Below, in pieces: positions 1 through 9,112 of a stretch of DNA of 53,737 bases (positions within the stretch are counted from its first letter, which is position 1; every line of letters begins with the position of its first letter). Under the pieces are notes generated by a model. That model saw nothing but the letters and a program-made list of their open reading frames with translations, searched no databases and was not told where the DNA came from. The DNA is from a virus. Taxonomy: Duplodnaviria > Caudoviricetes. Where the stretch lies: the IMG/VR virus record IMGVR_UViG_3300017745_000008, positions 1 through 53,737 of that record. The stretch is one strand, 5' to 3'. A program made the position numbers and the translations under genes.

Positions 1-129
1 ACTCTGCCCAAAAAACGCTTTCTTCCCATCATCAAGATGCAGATCCCCTCCGTTTATCCTTAAAGTTGTCGATGTATTTACCGATTCTGGTAGAAATATT
101 GCGTCTACGTGATTACCGATATTTGGCAT
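1..129 (-). CDS. Partial (runs off window) putative tail-fibre/structural protein
   Basis: ATG at 129, reads MPNIGNHVDAIFLPE... open to the window edge; MPxIGN-type start typically follows MANTFK-type genes in marine phage tail regions. Confidence 0.55.
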   Translation of the reverse strand, partial: MPNIGNHVDAIFLPESVNTSTTLRINGGDLHLDDGKKAFFGQS

Positions 130-140
130 GATATAATTCC

Positions 141-521
141 TTACGAGGTGATTTCAAGCGCGTTAACAATTACATCAAGGGAGGAGGCTGTGTCCGATGT
201 CACCACAATCTTATCTCCGGCCGAGGCCGTGCCATTATACTCCAGGATTAATTTCTGCCCCGCCATGACTTCTAACGTCGAGCCGGATGGGATCGGGATG
301 TTTTTAGCTAAGTAAACGTCATCAGAAGGAGCCGCTGTCGTACCTGTTGCAGGTCTGTCGATCTGTACATTAACGTTTATAGGAGACGAGTGGATGTTTG
401 ATAACGCAATACCGATGATAATTGCTGTTTTAGTCGAAGCTCCCCCTAGCTCTACTTCGTAAGCCGTAGAGGTAGATGTCCCAACTGCTGATTTTGTGTA
501 TGCTTTAAATGTATTTGCCAT
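141..521 (-). CDS. Small virion/tail-fibre-associated protein (MANTFK type)
   Basis: 126 aa beta-rich ORF, MANTFK...LAKNIPIPSGSTL...GDKIVVTSDTASSLDVIV pattern common in marine phage tail regions. Confidence 0.65.
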   Translation of the reverse strand: MANTFKAYTKSAVGTSTSTAYEVELGGASTKTAIIIGIALSNIHSSPINVNVQIDRPATGTTAAPSDDVYLAKNIPIPSGSTLEVMAGQKLILEYNGTASAGDKIVVTSDTASSLDVIVNALEITS

Positions 522-530
522 GGCAATGCG

Positions 531-776
531 TTATCCTAATGCTATTGCCAAAGCGATAATGTCGTCGATTGTGGATCTAGAATCGGCAAGTGTTTTCACT
601 TCGTTTATTGCCGCTACTGCGTTTGTTTTGTTTGTTGTAGTCAGACTAGTTAAGTTACCTACATCAACCAACTGGCCGACGTTTGTAACAACTTCTCTAG
701 TAGGTGTCCCGCTACTATCTACCCCCGTACCTGCAGTTAGGCCATGCCTAACATGAAAATGCTTATTTGTCGCCAT
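531..776 (-). CDS. Short tail-fibre adaptor-like protein
   Basis: 81 aa; N-terminal FHVRHGL, fibre repeat VGNLTSLTTTNKTNAVAAINEV, C-terminal IALAIALG. Confidence 0.6.
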   Translation of the reverse strand: MATNKHFHVRHGLTAGTGVDSSGTPTREVVTNVGQLVDVGNLTSLTTTNKTNAVAAINEVKTLADSRSTIDDIIALAIALG

Positions 777-819
777 AGGTTCACTTTCCCCTGTGCCAAG
801 TTGTAATGTCTATTTAAGA

Positions 820-827
820 CTTTAAAC
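820..827 (-). promoter_or_regulatory. Putative late promoter motif GTTTAAAG
   Basis: Intergenic, about 44 bp upstream of ATG 776; recurrent motif. Confidence 0.55.
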
Positions 828-837
828 AGTAAATGGC

Positions 838-2874
838 CTAAGAGAGGACTGCTGTTCTAACAACTTTTATAGTTATTTCTTTAGGAAATGCTTCGTACCT
901 ACTAAAATAAATTTCTACATTTGATCCGACTACTTCTGCAGAAAAATCTCCCATTCTTTCGCCCGGAGAAGATGCTGTGCCATAGTCAATTATATCAACA
1001 TTTGTTCCGTCGTGAATAGCCAAAAGCTCTGTTATTTGATAATTAGACGTAAATCCAAATCCTTCGTGAGAAACTTGTACAAAGAATTTTGCAGATCTAT
1101 AAGTCGTAGAGAAAGTATCAACAACAGTGAAAGTGGTGGGGAACGTATTTTCAGCCTGGGTCGTTGTGCTAACGTTGGACTGAATTTTGCTTTCAGAATC
1201 TTCGTCCCATAAAAACTCGTAGGCACCAAATTTTATTTCGTCGGATAACCTGATCTCAAGTTCTCCGTCATCAGCTATGTATCTATTAAAATTATTAGTA
1301 TTTAGCCTATGGGCCACAGCGTTATCGCCTGTCACTCCGGCCCAGATATATCCTTCTTGTAATAAGGCCTCTTTGTTAATGTCTGGATGGTTTACAAATA
1401 TGTGGCCGTTTGTTCCATCTTCTTTGAATAAAATGCCAATGGGCTGACGAATCCCGTCTGAGGCTTGAATTGGCGCAAAAGTAAGCCCACCGTTGTTTTT
1501 TACAAATAGCACCCGGCCGGAATCGTCTGCACCCGTAAATTCCCCGTCGATTCCAGAAGTATCGGTTTCTGAGAGTTCTCCGAATACTGTTGCTACCCCG
1601 TACCCCCCTGCTAAAATCTCTGCGTTAGTTATTCCAATAGCATTCATTTTAGAAGAAGTACTCGCCTCTGCAACCCCAACAATCGCCATTTTCTTTATTG
1701 GATCAAATCCCATAAAGTACACAGGAGTAAGAGCGGGGATTGTGCCGCCGCTGCCGTTCTTTATATTAGTAGTAACAGAAGATGATCCTACTTCTGAAAT
1801 TTTATTATCTGCTCGGCTATATACTCTTACATTTCCATTTAAGGTATTTCTATAGATGTCCCATCTATTTTCTTCTATTTGAGAAGTATCAGGTATATCC
1901 TCTAGGCCCTTTACAATAAAACTACCTGACTGAGTTATATTAAAATTTTGATCTAAAATTAGCTTAGGAGAGTACTTTATTCTAACATTTCCAGTGGAAA
2001 GAACGTTACTTGTCCCGTTGTATAATTTGAATGTATTTAGAGACGCCTCTGCAATAACGTAATTACCCTGAGGTACGCCTCCCAAAGTAACACCGTCGTT
2101 AAGGTATTGCTCAACAAAAATTTCTTCTCCGTTAAAAAGACCATGGTCATTATATGTAAAAACGGATTCAGATGACCCTGCTACAGCATCTGTTTGAAAA
2201 GAGTAGGAAGTATCTGAATTTATAGCAATGTTGTCTGCAGTTATGTCTATATCAGATGAATCTATTACAAAGTTATTAGCATTAAGCAAAACACCAGTTG
2301 CAAAGTTATGACCGTCATTGATAACAAGAGTATTTGCTTTTGTGCTATCTGTCTCGTCTTCACTCGGAATACTCGTAGCGTATCCTCTAAGCGCCGACTT
2401 ATTGTTAATTTTTAATTGGTTTCTGTCCGTGTGAATGTAGTCAGACCCGTCAGTTGCGTCTTTGAACTGGTCTAAGTATTTTTCAACAAGAGCATACTTA
2501 AACTCTCCTATCTCAACCCATCCTCCACTCCCAGAGTTTATGTATTTATTCCATACGTGAAGTAACGCGTCTTCAGCCTGAGTGCTGGAGGAATTTGGTG
2601 GATCAACCCTTTCTACCCAGAGTTCGCCATGAGATAAGTCTTGATACCCTCCTACTGATAGCGTAGGGTCTGGCGCTGTATCAGAATAAAATATCCCACC
2701 AACTTTTCTTATCTTATTCTCATTATCTTTTAAGTATAAAGACGTGTCATCTTTATCATAATTTATAGCAATCTCTCCAAGTTGAATATCTATATTCCTT
2801 GGCCTTTTTGCAAATACCTGCGATCTACGATGCAGTATAATATCTCTGGGTGATGAAGGCGGTGAGCTGGGCAT
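838..2874 (-). CDS. Tail fibre / virion structural protein
   Basis: 678 aa; N-terminal Mtd-like attachment motif (KRP...LGEIAINY...LYLKD); C-terminal YRSAKFFVQV...TELLAIHDG domain seen in cyanophage virion proteins. Confidence 0.7.
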   Translation of the reverse strand: MPSSPPSSPRDIILHRRSQVFAKRPRNIDIQLGEIAINYDKDDTSLYLKDNENKIRKVGGIFYSDTAPDPTLSVGGYQDLSHGELWVERVDPPNSSSTQAEDALLHVWNKYINSGSGGWVEIGEFKYALVEKYLDQFKDATDGSDYIHTDRNQLKINNKSALRGYATSIPSEDETDSTKANTLVINDGHNFATGVLLNANNFVIDSSDIDITADNIAINSDTSYSFQTDAVAGSSESVFTYNDHGLFNGEEIFVEQYLNDGVTLGGVPQGNYVIAEASLNTFKLYNGTSNVLSTGNVRIKYSPKLILDQNFNITQSGSFIVKGLEDIPDTSQIEENRWDIYRNTLNGNVRVYSRADNKISEVGSSSVTTNIKNGSGGTIPALTPVYFMGFDPIKKMAIVGVAEASTSSKMNAIGITNAEILAGGYGVATVFGELSETDTSGIDGEFTGADDSGRVLFVKNNGGLTFAPIQASDGIRQPIGILFKEDGTNGHIFVNHPDINKEALLQEGYIWAGVTGDNAVAHRLNTNNFNRYIADDGELEIRLSDEIKFGAYEFLWDEDSESKIQSNVSTTTQAENTFPTTFTVVDTFSTTYRSAKFFVQVSHEGFGFTSNYQITELLAIHDGTNVDIIDYGTASSPGERMGDFSAEVVGSNVEIYFSRYEAFPKEITIKVVRTAVLS

Positions 2875-2875
2875 T

Positions 2876-4048
2876 TTAGTACTCTAGGGCGTCAATAAGA
2901 TAGTTTTCATCCGAGTCTGTTAAAACATCGTCGATGGTTGTTGTAATAAATCTTTCCATATATGTTTTATTAACCGCGTCTAATTCATTTATTGGCTCTG
3001 CAAGGTTTTCAATTCTTCTCTCATTTATGCTTAGTGCAGCAGCGTCACTATTTACGTTCTCTCCTATACTCACATAGTTTGAAACTATAAACTTTCCATC
3101 TGCATAGATAGAAGCTAAGTGGTCTGTTGAATTGTTTTCCCAGCGTTGAACTTGAGTAGTATCCAGATTATTACTTGACTGTACTATTAAACTAACAGGT
3201 AGAGCCCCATTTATTGGGGTTATTGTTATGTCACTTATAGAAGCAGGACCTTTTGAAAGATAAGAATCCCCCAATGATGCAGAATCTACTAGGCTATCTA
3301 TTTCTGTTTTTGTGTAAAGCTGCGTTTTAAGGTAGTAGTTAGTTGCAACATACGAAGTAACACTCGAAAAACTCGAGCTTACTTCAGAGTCGACGTACGT
3401 AGATAAAGCATAAGTGGATATATTTAACCCACTAATTTTATCATCAACTTCTGTTTTTGCGTAAGTTTCAAGTTTGCTATATACGCTGGAGATATCAGCC
3501 TTTGCGTCAAGATACTTATCTAGTTCTCTTCTTGTATAGAAGTCTTTTGAATTTACTGTCTCTCCTCTGGGATCAGTACTCCTAAATACGTTAGGATTAG
3601 AAGCCACATTTTGAGAAGCAACAACTTGTTGCTTAGGAGAGGGCAACGTTCCTACACCAGACCCACAGCCACCACCACTTGGAGAAGAGTTAACTCTCTG
3701 AAAAGGTGAAGGTAGAGTTCCTCCGTTAGATTCGCCGCTTGTCCCGGCACCAAATACGTTAGTGTCAGGTTTGCTATATACGCCGGAGATATTGGCCTTT
3801 GTGTCAAGATACTTATCTAGTCCTCTTCTTGTATAGAAGCCTTTTGAATTTACTGTCTCTCCTCTGGGATTAGTATTCCTAAATACATTAGGATTAGAAG
3901 CCACATTCAGAGAAGCAACAACTTGTTGCCTAGGAGAGGGCATTGCTCCTACACCGCCACTTGGAGAAGAGTTAACTCGCTGAGAAGGTGAAGGTAGAGT
4001 TCCTCTGTTAAATCCGCCGCTTGCCCCGGCACCAAGTACGTTTGCCAT
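2876..4048 (-). CDS. Putative structural protein with N-terminal tandem duplication
   Basis: 390 aa; YTKTEID-type fibre repeats and NLAEP...DAVNKTY motif; duplicated N-terminal block of about 95 aa. Confidence 0.6.
   Translation of the reverse strand: MANVLGAGASGGFNRGTLPSPSQRVNSSPSGGVGAMPSPRQQVVASLNVASNPNVFRNTNPRGETVNSKGFYTRRGLDKYLDTKANISGVYSKPDTNVFGAGTSGESNGGTLPSPFQRVNSSPSGGGCGSGVGTLPSPKQQVVASQNVASNPNVFRSTDPRGETVNSKDFYTRRELDKYLDAKADISSVYSKLETYAKTEVDDKISGLNISTYALSTYVDSEVSSSFSSVTSYVATNYYLKTQLYTKTEIDSLVDSASLGDSYLSKGPASISDITITPINGALPVSLIVQSSNNLDTTQVQRWENNSTDHLASIYADGKFIVSNYVSIGENVNSDAAALSINERRIENLAEPINELDAVNKTYMERFITTTIDDVLTDSDENYLIDALEY
3472..4042. repeat. Tandem direct repeat, two copies, period 297 bp
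   Basis: 3472-3760 aligns to 3769-4042 with roughly two dozen substitutions and one 15-bp in-frame indel. Confidence 0.95.
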
Positions 4049-4054
4049 AGTCTA

Positions 4055-4062
4055 CTTTAAAC
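4055..4062 (-). promoter_or_regulatory. Putative late promoter motif GTTTAAAG
   Basis: Fills the short gap upstream of ATG 4048. Confidence 0.5.
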
Positions 4063-5088
4063 TTAGAGGTTATCAATTTCGTCATCTGTTAACACAGTTC
4101 TAGGTCTTAACGTCGCGGCATCATTTAATGTTTCGTAGCTATTGCACAATTTGTTTCCTTTCAAATCATAAAATGGTATGGGCTGCTCTACGTAGTGTCC
4201 TTCTGATCCTATTTGTACAAGCTGATAATTAGGAAGATCTCGTTGGCGTTGGGGCCCTAAACATTTATTTTTACCAGAGTTTACACAATATAGCTTATCC
4301 CAGTATAAATGTTCTACTCCGTTTTCATCTTTTACCGGGTCAAAATAAGGAAACTTAGCGTGAGCATTTGTATAATAATCACCTGTTGGTATTTTTTTAA
4401 TATTTATCCAGAGACAAAAAGCGTCACTACATTCTGATTCTATCAGAACAAACTCGCCAGGGACATAGTAGTATTCTCTTTTTTCTTTATAATTATTCCA
4501 GCTGTCATCAGAAGGATCAAAGAGATCTTTTTTCCAGCCAGCACTCGCCTCTCCCCACTCTTTTAAGTATAGCTTTAAAAAGTAAGGGTCGTATCTCTCA
4601 ACTAGCTCCTCAACTGTAGGCAATTGAACTGGTTCTGAGACTTCTATACTACAGATTTTTGTCCACTTTGTTCTATCTAGCGGAGGAGATAAGGCAAGGA
4701 TATCTTCGTTTGCTTCGTATAAAGATATAATATATCCGTCGTCTTCTATATATAAAACTCTGTCCCCGATAGAATACGCTACAACTCCTCTATATCTAGA
4801 GATGCTCCACTTATCAATTGTTTCAGAAAAATTTAAGTTGGTAGTACTTTCTTTTATTTCCCAAGGAAAGTACACATCGCCCCAAGATCTATAAATGCCT
4901 TTTTGAAACTCATAAAACTCATAAGTGTCTATAAGCTCTTCTAGGCTAATCCCGCAGCTATTAGTCTCGCGCGCGCAGGACCTATCAACCAGGTCACCCT
5001 CAGCACTTACCGCTTCTACAGCTGCCTTCTGCTCTTCTGTTAGCTCCGAAGAAGCACAGCCCTTAAAAAATAAGTTGGAGGTTGACAT
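4063..5088 (-). CDS. Hypothetical structural protein with CBM5/12-like segment
   Basis: 341 aa; AYSIGDRVLY...YEANED...PP...W resembles carbohydrate-binding repeats. Confidence 0.45.
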   Translation of the reverse strand: MSTSNLFFKGCASSELTEEQKAAVEAVSAEGDLVDRSCARETNSCGISLEELIDTYEFYEFQKGIYRSWGDVYFPWEIKESTTNLNFSETIDKWSISRYRGVVAYSIGDRVLYIEDDGYIISLYEANEDILALSPPLDRTKWTKICSIEVSEPVQLPTVEELVERYDPYFLKLYLKEWGEASAGWKKDLFDPSDDSWNNYKEKREYYYVPGEFVLIESECSDAFCLWINIKKIPTGDYYTNAHAKFPYFDPVKDENGVEHLYWDKLYCVNSGKNKCLGPQRQRDLPNYQLVQIGSEGHYVEQPIPFYDLKGNKLCNSYETLNDAATLRPRTVLTDDEIDNL

Positions 5089-5110
5089 ACCTCAACTCTC
5101 CTATAATAGA

Positions 5111-5539
5111 TTAGTTATATGTGAATGTATCCATTACAAACGTGAGCTCTAGTGTAGATACGTTTGTAGAGGCTCTATCGGCCTGGCCAAAATTTAACGA
5201 GGTGATCTGAGCGTCTGGGATAGTGATGGTTCTGTTTCCTACAGGACTAGGATCTTCGCCACAACTCACAGGAGTAACTGTAAGAGTGATGTAAGAGCAG
5301 TCATAGGTTTTCCAAAAGTCAACAATGTCGGCGTGCTTTTCAGGGTCAAAAGGAACAGAGACAGTAACTTCTGCAAGGGTGCGAGGACCCTTGAGCTGGA
5401 AGATACGACCTCTTACACCGTCAGCATACTGAGTAGTTCCTGAGGTGTCTCTGATACCAGAAAAAGTTGTAAAATAGTGCTGGAAAGGGGAGGCCTGGAT
5501 CCAGTACTGTGCTTGTGTGATAGGCTTATATGCTAACAT
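5111..5539 (-). CDS. Contractile tail tube protein
   Basis: 142 aa; FTTFSGI...YADG...GPRTLAEVTV and terminal TLELTF beta pattern of gp19-like tubes. Confidence 0.7.
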   Translation of the reverse strand: MLAYKPITQAQYWIQASPFQHYFTTFSGIRDTSGTTQYADGVRGRIFQLKGPRTLAEVTVSVPFDPEKHADIVDFWKTYDCSYITLTVTPVSCGEDPSPVGNRTITIPDAQITSLNFGQADRASTNVSTLELTFVMDTFTYN

Positions 5540-5590
5540 AGTACGTTATGTATAATGCAATATTTCTAATAGTATTTTAAACTACATGCG

Positions 5591-7462
5591 CTATTGGAAA
5601 TAAGGATCAAACCATCTCCAATATCCTTTGGCCTCTGTATCGATGGTAACTGTCTCGCGGTGGACAATATATCTATTTAGTCTAAAAACTGCGTGATACA
5701 GAGCAATAAGGCTTTCAGAGTCTTGCTCTGAGAGGCCATCTTGATGGACTAAGCCTTTAAATCTTTGTAAATCTGTTTCTAGTCTTGCTTTTACTTCAAA
5801 TGTTTCAATTGGTATTTTGCGAAGGCCTCTAATTTCTTCAAAGAATCTTTCTACAACAAAAATGATCTCTCCAGGAGAAGTAAACTCATCTATGCTAAGC
5901 TTAGAGATGGACATTTCGTTTCCGGTAGAATCAGAAACAATTCGTTGGAATCCAACGTCGTCAAGGTTACCTTTGAAATTAGCAGATATTTCTTGAGATA
6001 TCTTCTGTTTTTCAGAAGGTTCTTCAAAGTCAAATAGCTTCATAAGATCAGCTCCAAACTCCATGTCTTCAGCCATCGGAGCTTCTTCAGCATCTCCTTC
6101 TTCTTCTACAGGTGGCATCATCCCGCCCATCATCCCACCATCAGGCATTTCTTGCTTAGTTAGAGAAGGAATGTTAAGCTTGTCTCTAAGCCAGTCTATA
6201 TCTTCTACTTGATAGCCTATGGCCCCAAGCTGTGAAAGAACCTGAACCATACGAACAGGATCTTCGCGCTGCTTAAGATCTTCAAAGTTACGGACTAATC
6301 TAGGAGGGTTTTTACCGGGATAGTTAAGCTCTACTATCCATCGGACCAAAGTGGAGTTAATTGTTTCGTCAAGCTCTTCAGAAAAAGCCTTTGCTTTACG
6401 CATACGAACAGAGTCGGCAATCTGATCCCGCGCAAACGACCCAACACTTCCCGTCTCCTGGCCAACGGTAGTTTCGCCGTTAATCACAAAACTAATTTGT
6501 TGGTCAATGTACGAGATTAACTGATTATAAAGTTCGGGTCTTCCATTACTTTCTAGCCAGTTAATCTCCATTTCGTCCGGTATAACAACAGCAGTTTCCT
6601 GCCCAAGACGTTGTAAGGCCGTAAATAAGGAATTAACTTCTTCTTCAGGAGTGCCAAGGCTGAACTTACCCACGGCAGTTGGAGTGGTATGCTTATCTGC
6701 GTACTGTAACCAAAAATTAAGCAGAGTTCTTCTAAACTCTACAAGCGGATAGAGTTGGCGACCAAGGCCAGAGCCATGGACATCCATAAAATTGCTATAG
6801 GCCCAGTGCCTATGCATTACCATAGACCTAAGAGGAACGCCCATGCCTTCTACTGGAGAAAACATTGTAATAAGTCTAGGGCTTACAGTCCCATCCTCAT
6901 TAAGCCTAAAAAGAAATCTTCGTGGGTCTCTAGATTTTATTTCTGAAGGTACAATGTACTTTCCTTGCCTCATCCAGCAGATCTCAGCTACTGACATTCC
7001 GAGCACTATAGACTCACACATTCCACGGATGAACGTGTCAAATCCAGAGTTTGCAGAAACTAAAGATTCTTTACCATACGATTGTCGGGTATTACTACCC
7101 ATTCGATTAATTACTTGACGCACAAACTCTGCGACTTCTTCGTCTTCTGAAGAATCAGAAGCAGGATAAACTTCCCAGGGTCTCTGTACAATCTCACCAA
7201 TGAGCTTTTCCCAAGCGGCAAGGATTTGGCTGTCGTTGAACAGCCTCATGTACTTCTCGATGGCTCTAGGTCCACCACCACCCTCTTCCAAGAGGATGTC
7301 GTCTCTACGAGGTAATATTACTCCGCTGGTAAGGTGCGGGGCACCTGAGTAGGAATAAGGATCCGACTTGTATCCAGCTAAGTTACCTTGAGAAACTCCC
7401 AGGGAAAAATACCTGTCGAAAAACCCAGATTTAATATGTCTTTGAGGATTTTCAGAGCTCAT
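5591..7462 (-). CDS. Portal protein, DUF935 / Mu gp29-like
   Basis: 623 aa; ESIVLGMSVAEICW, GSGLGRQLY, FWLQYADKHTTP, VVIPDEMEI, LVRWIVELNY motifs. Confidence 0.85.
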   Translation of the reverse strand: MSSENPQRHIKSGFFDRYFSLGVSQGNLAGYKSDPYSYSGAPHLTSGVILPRRDDILLEEGGGGPRAIEKYMRLFNDSQILAAWEKLIGEIVQRPWEVYPASDSSEDEEVAEFVRQVINRMGSNTRQSYGKESLVSANSGFDTFIRGMCESIVLGMSVAEICWMRQGKYIVPSEIKSRDPRRFLFRLNEDGTVSPRLITMFSPVEGMGVPLRSMVMHRHWAYSNFMDVHGSGLGRQLYPLVEFRRTLLNFWLQYADKHTTPTAVGKFSLGTPEEEVNSLFTALQRLGQETAVVIPDEMEINWLESNGRPELYNQLISYIDQQISFVINGETTVGQETGSVGSFARDQIADSVRMRKAKAFSEELDETINSTLVRWIVELNYPGKNPPRLVRNFEDLKQREDPVRMVQVLSQLGAIGYQVEDIDWLRDKLNIPSLTKQEMPDGGMMGGMMPPVEEEGDAEEAPMAEDMEFGADLMKLFDFEEPSEKQKISQEISANFKGNLDDVGFQRIVSDSTGNEMSISKLSIDEFTSPGEIIFVVERFFEEIRGLRKIPIETFEVKARLETDLQRFKGLVHQDGLSEQDSESLIALYHAVFRLNRYIVHRETVTIDTEAKGYWRWFDPYFQ

Positions 7463-7478
7463 TGGGTACTTTTACACA

Positions 7479-7673
7479 TCATTCTTCGCTATCTTTAAAC
7501 TTACTAGGCTCAACTACCTGGGTTAGATCAATAACAATTGTTTCTAGGTTCATAAGCTGTTCTCTTAGCTCTTCCCGGGTAATGTTTCCATTTTCCCATT
7601 CTTCAATTAGCTCCTCGGCTCCGTCGACTTTAACGTTATGCCCAGTTGTTAAGATGTTAATTCCTTTTTCCAT
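7479..7673 (-). CDS. Hypothetical protein
   Basis: Likely start MEKGINIL at 7673 (track ORF extends into upstream gene). Confidence 0.55.
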   Translation of the reverse strand: MEKGINILTTGHNVKVDGAEELIEEWENGNITREELREQLMNLETIVIDLTQVVEPSKFKDSEE

Positions 7674-8614
7674 AGTTCTTGTTCTTTGTGGATAGATTGA
7701 TACAATGACTTGTAAGTTTTTCTCCAAGCTTCGTCGTATTTTCGTACGTACTTGAAGTAGTTTTCCCCCCAAGAATCTTGGGTGTATAGCTCTTTATACT
7801 TTTCTGGAACGGTCAAGGAAAATGTTTTTAGCTCTATTGCTAAAATAGCGCTTATAAAATCTCCTCTCTTAGCGATCATTTGATCTTTAAGATCTTCTAG
7901 GTCTATATTAGGATGATCTTCTGATATTTTTATAAATAAAGGAGACTTTAAAAGATCAGATTTTTTGGTTATCCTTTCTTTTTTAAAAGTCTCTTCGTAA
8001 GCGTTGTCTAAAACTTGCGCCATGAAGGTCGAATTAAACTCAACTTCGTCTCCGTCATTAACTTCTTTCCAAAACTTTTTAAAAGATTCATAGCATCTAA
8101 CAATAGTTATATCCGCGTAAGACTGAAGTTTTTGTTTAATCTCTCTTTTTGCTGCCTCTACATAATGCATGTCTTTTCCATCTGGCCAAAGAACACTCCG
8201 TTGCGCGAGAGAGTTAGACCAGAGAAAGGTTGTTAAAAGCTTTTTGGTCCTAGAGTCGCTAAGATCTTTTTTAGGCAGGTCGTCTATATCCTTAATAGCT
8301 TTTTTCCATTCGTAAAAAATATCTATTGCTTTGTTTTCTGATGCTTGCCACACCGGGGTTTTTGAAAGCTTTCCGATATGCGTCTCGTCGAGTTCTCCGT
8401 ACCCAGTTAGTTCGTTAATAAGCACGTCGTCTTCAGAGAGATTTTGAGTGGTTATTATTTTAGGTCTTGAGGTACTTTTGATATGTGCATTAAACTCAAC
8501 AACCCACTTGTCGTGAATAAGTTGTTGTTCTAGCTTCCATTTATCATGCGCTAAAATTTTATCCAATGCAGACTCTTCAATATTACACAGCGCTAGAATC
8601 TCCTGGGTTTGCAT
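7649..8614 (-). CDS. Hypothetical protein
   Basis: 321 aa ORF overlapping both neighbours in operon fashion. Confidence 0.7.
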   Translation of the reverse strand: MQTQEILALCNIEESALDKILAHDKWKLEQQLIHDKWVVEFNAHIKSTSRPKIITTQNLSEDDVLINELTGYGELDETHIGKLSKTPVWQASENKAIDIFYEWKKAIKDIDDLPKKDLSDSRTKKLLTTFLWSNSLAQRSVLWPDGKDMHYVEAAKREIKQKLQSYADITIVRCYESFKKFWKEVNDGDEVEFNSTFMAQVLDNAYEETFKKERITKKSDLLKSPLFIKISEDHPNIDLEDLKDQMIAKRGDFISAILAIELKTFSLTVPEKYKELYTQDSWGENYFKYVRKYDEAWRKTYKSLYQSIHKEQELWKKELTS

Positions 8615-9050
8615 TAGCTTCTGACTTTCTTAACTTTAGGTCTATATAGCTCATTATATCACGATAATTCCAACAATGCTCAATTTTTGTAAAAAGTTTA
8701 CTGTCTATTCTATCTAAATCCATGCCGAACGTGAGTAACCTATTTAAATCATCCCAGCAATTACTTCCTGGCTCGTCAAACAAGAATATTTTTTTATCGT
8801 CCTCTACTTCTGTTTTTTCAAGCGTATGAAGTGCAGAGAAAATATTAGAAATTCCTAAAGTGTCCCAACCTATAAAAACAATATAGTCTGAAGATTTTAT
8901 TACGGTCTCTGTAACTGACTGTCTAGTCTTTACCTCAACTCCTTCTTTTTCAGTTAAAACCTGCTCTAAGTGTACAGCCATTTTATTTAGGTCAGAAACT
9001 GTGTCAACAGATTTTGTTTTTATAATAGTAACAGAGATTTTAGAAGGCAT
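8583..9050 (-). CDS. Divergent LOG/SLOG-fold-like protein
   Basis: SDYIVFIG..TLG..NIF...KKIFLFD...CWDDL parallels LOG SDAFIALPGG.GTLEELF...KPIILLN...FWDPL. Confidence 0.4.
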   Translation of the reverse strand: MPSKISVTIIKTKSVDTVSDLNKMAVHLEQVLTEKEGVEVKTRQSVTETVIKSSDYIVFIGWDTLGISNIFSALHTLEKTEVEDDKKIFLFDEPGSNCWDDLNRLLTFGMDLDRIDSKLFTKIEHCWNYRDIMSYIDLKLRKSEANANPGDSSAV

Positions 9051-9071
9051 AGTTTCAAATTTGCTACAAAG

Positions 9072-9099
9072 CTTTAAACTTAAAGTTTAAAGTTTAAAA
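9072..9099. promoter_or_regulatory. Divergent set of putative late promoter motifs
   Basis: GTTTAAAG on minus (9072-9079); GTTTAAAG/GTTTAAAA on plus (9085-9099), between divergent ATGs 9050 and 9113. Confidence 0.6.
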
Positions 9100-9112
9100 A
9101 AAGCGTGCGGAT

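Noticed and set aside
3472-4042. Diversity-generating retroelement template/variable repeat pair
   Set aside because: Differences are transitions in both directions, not adenine-specific; both copies are in one ORF; no reverse transcriptase in the window
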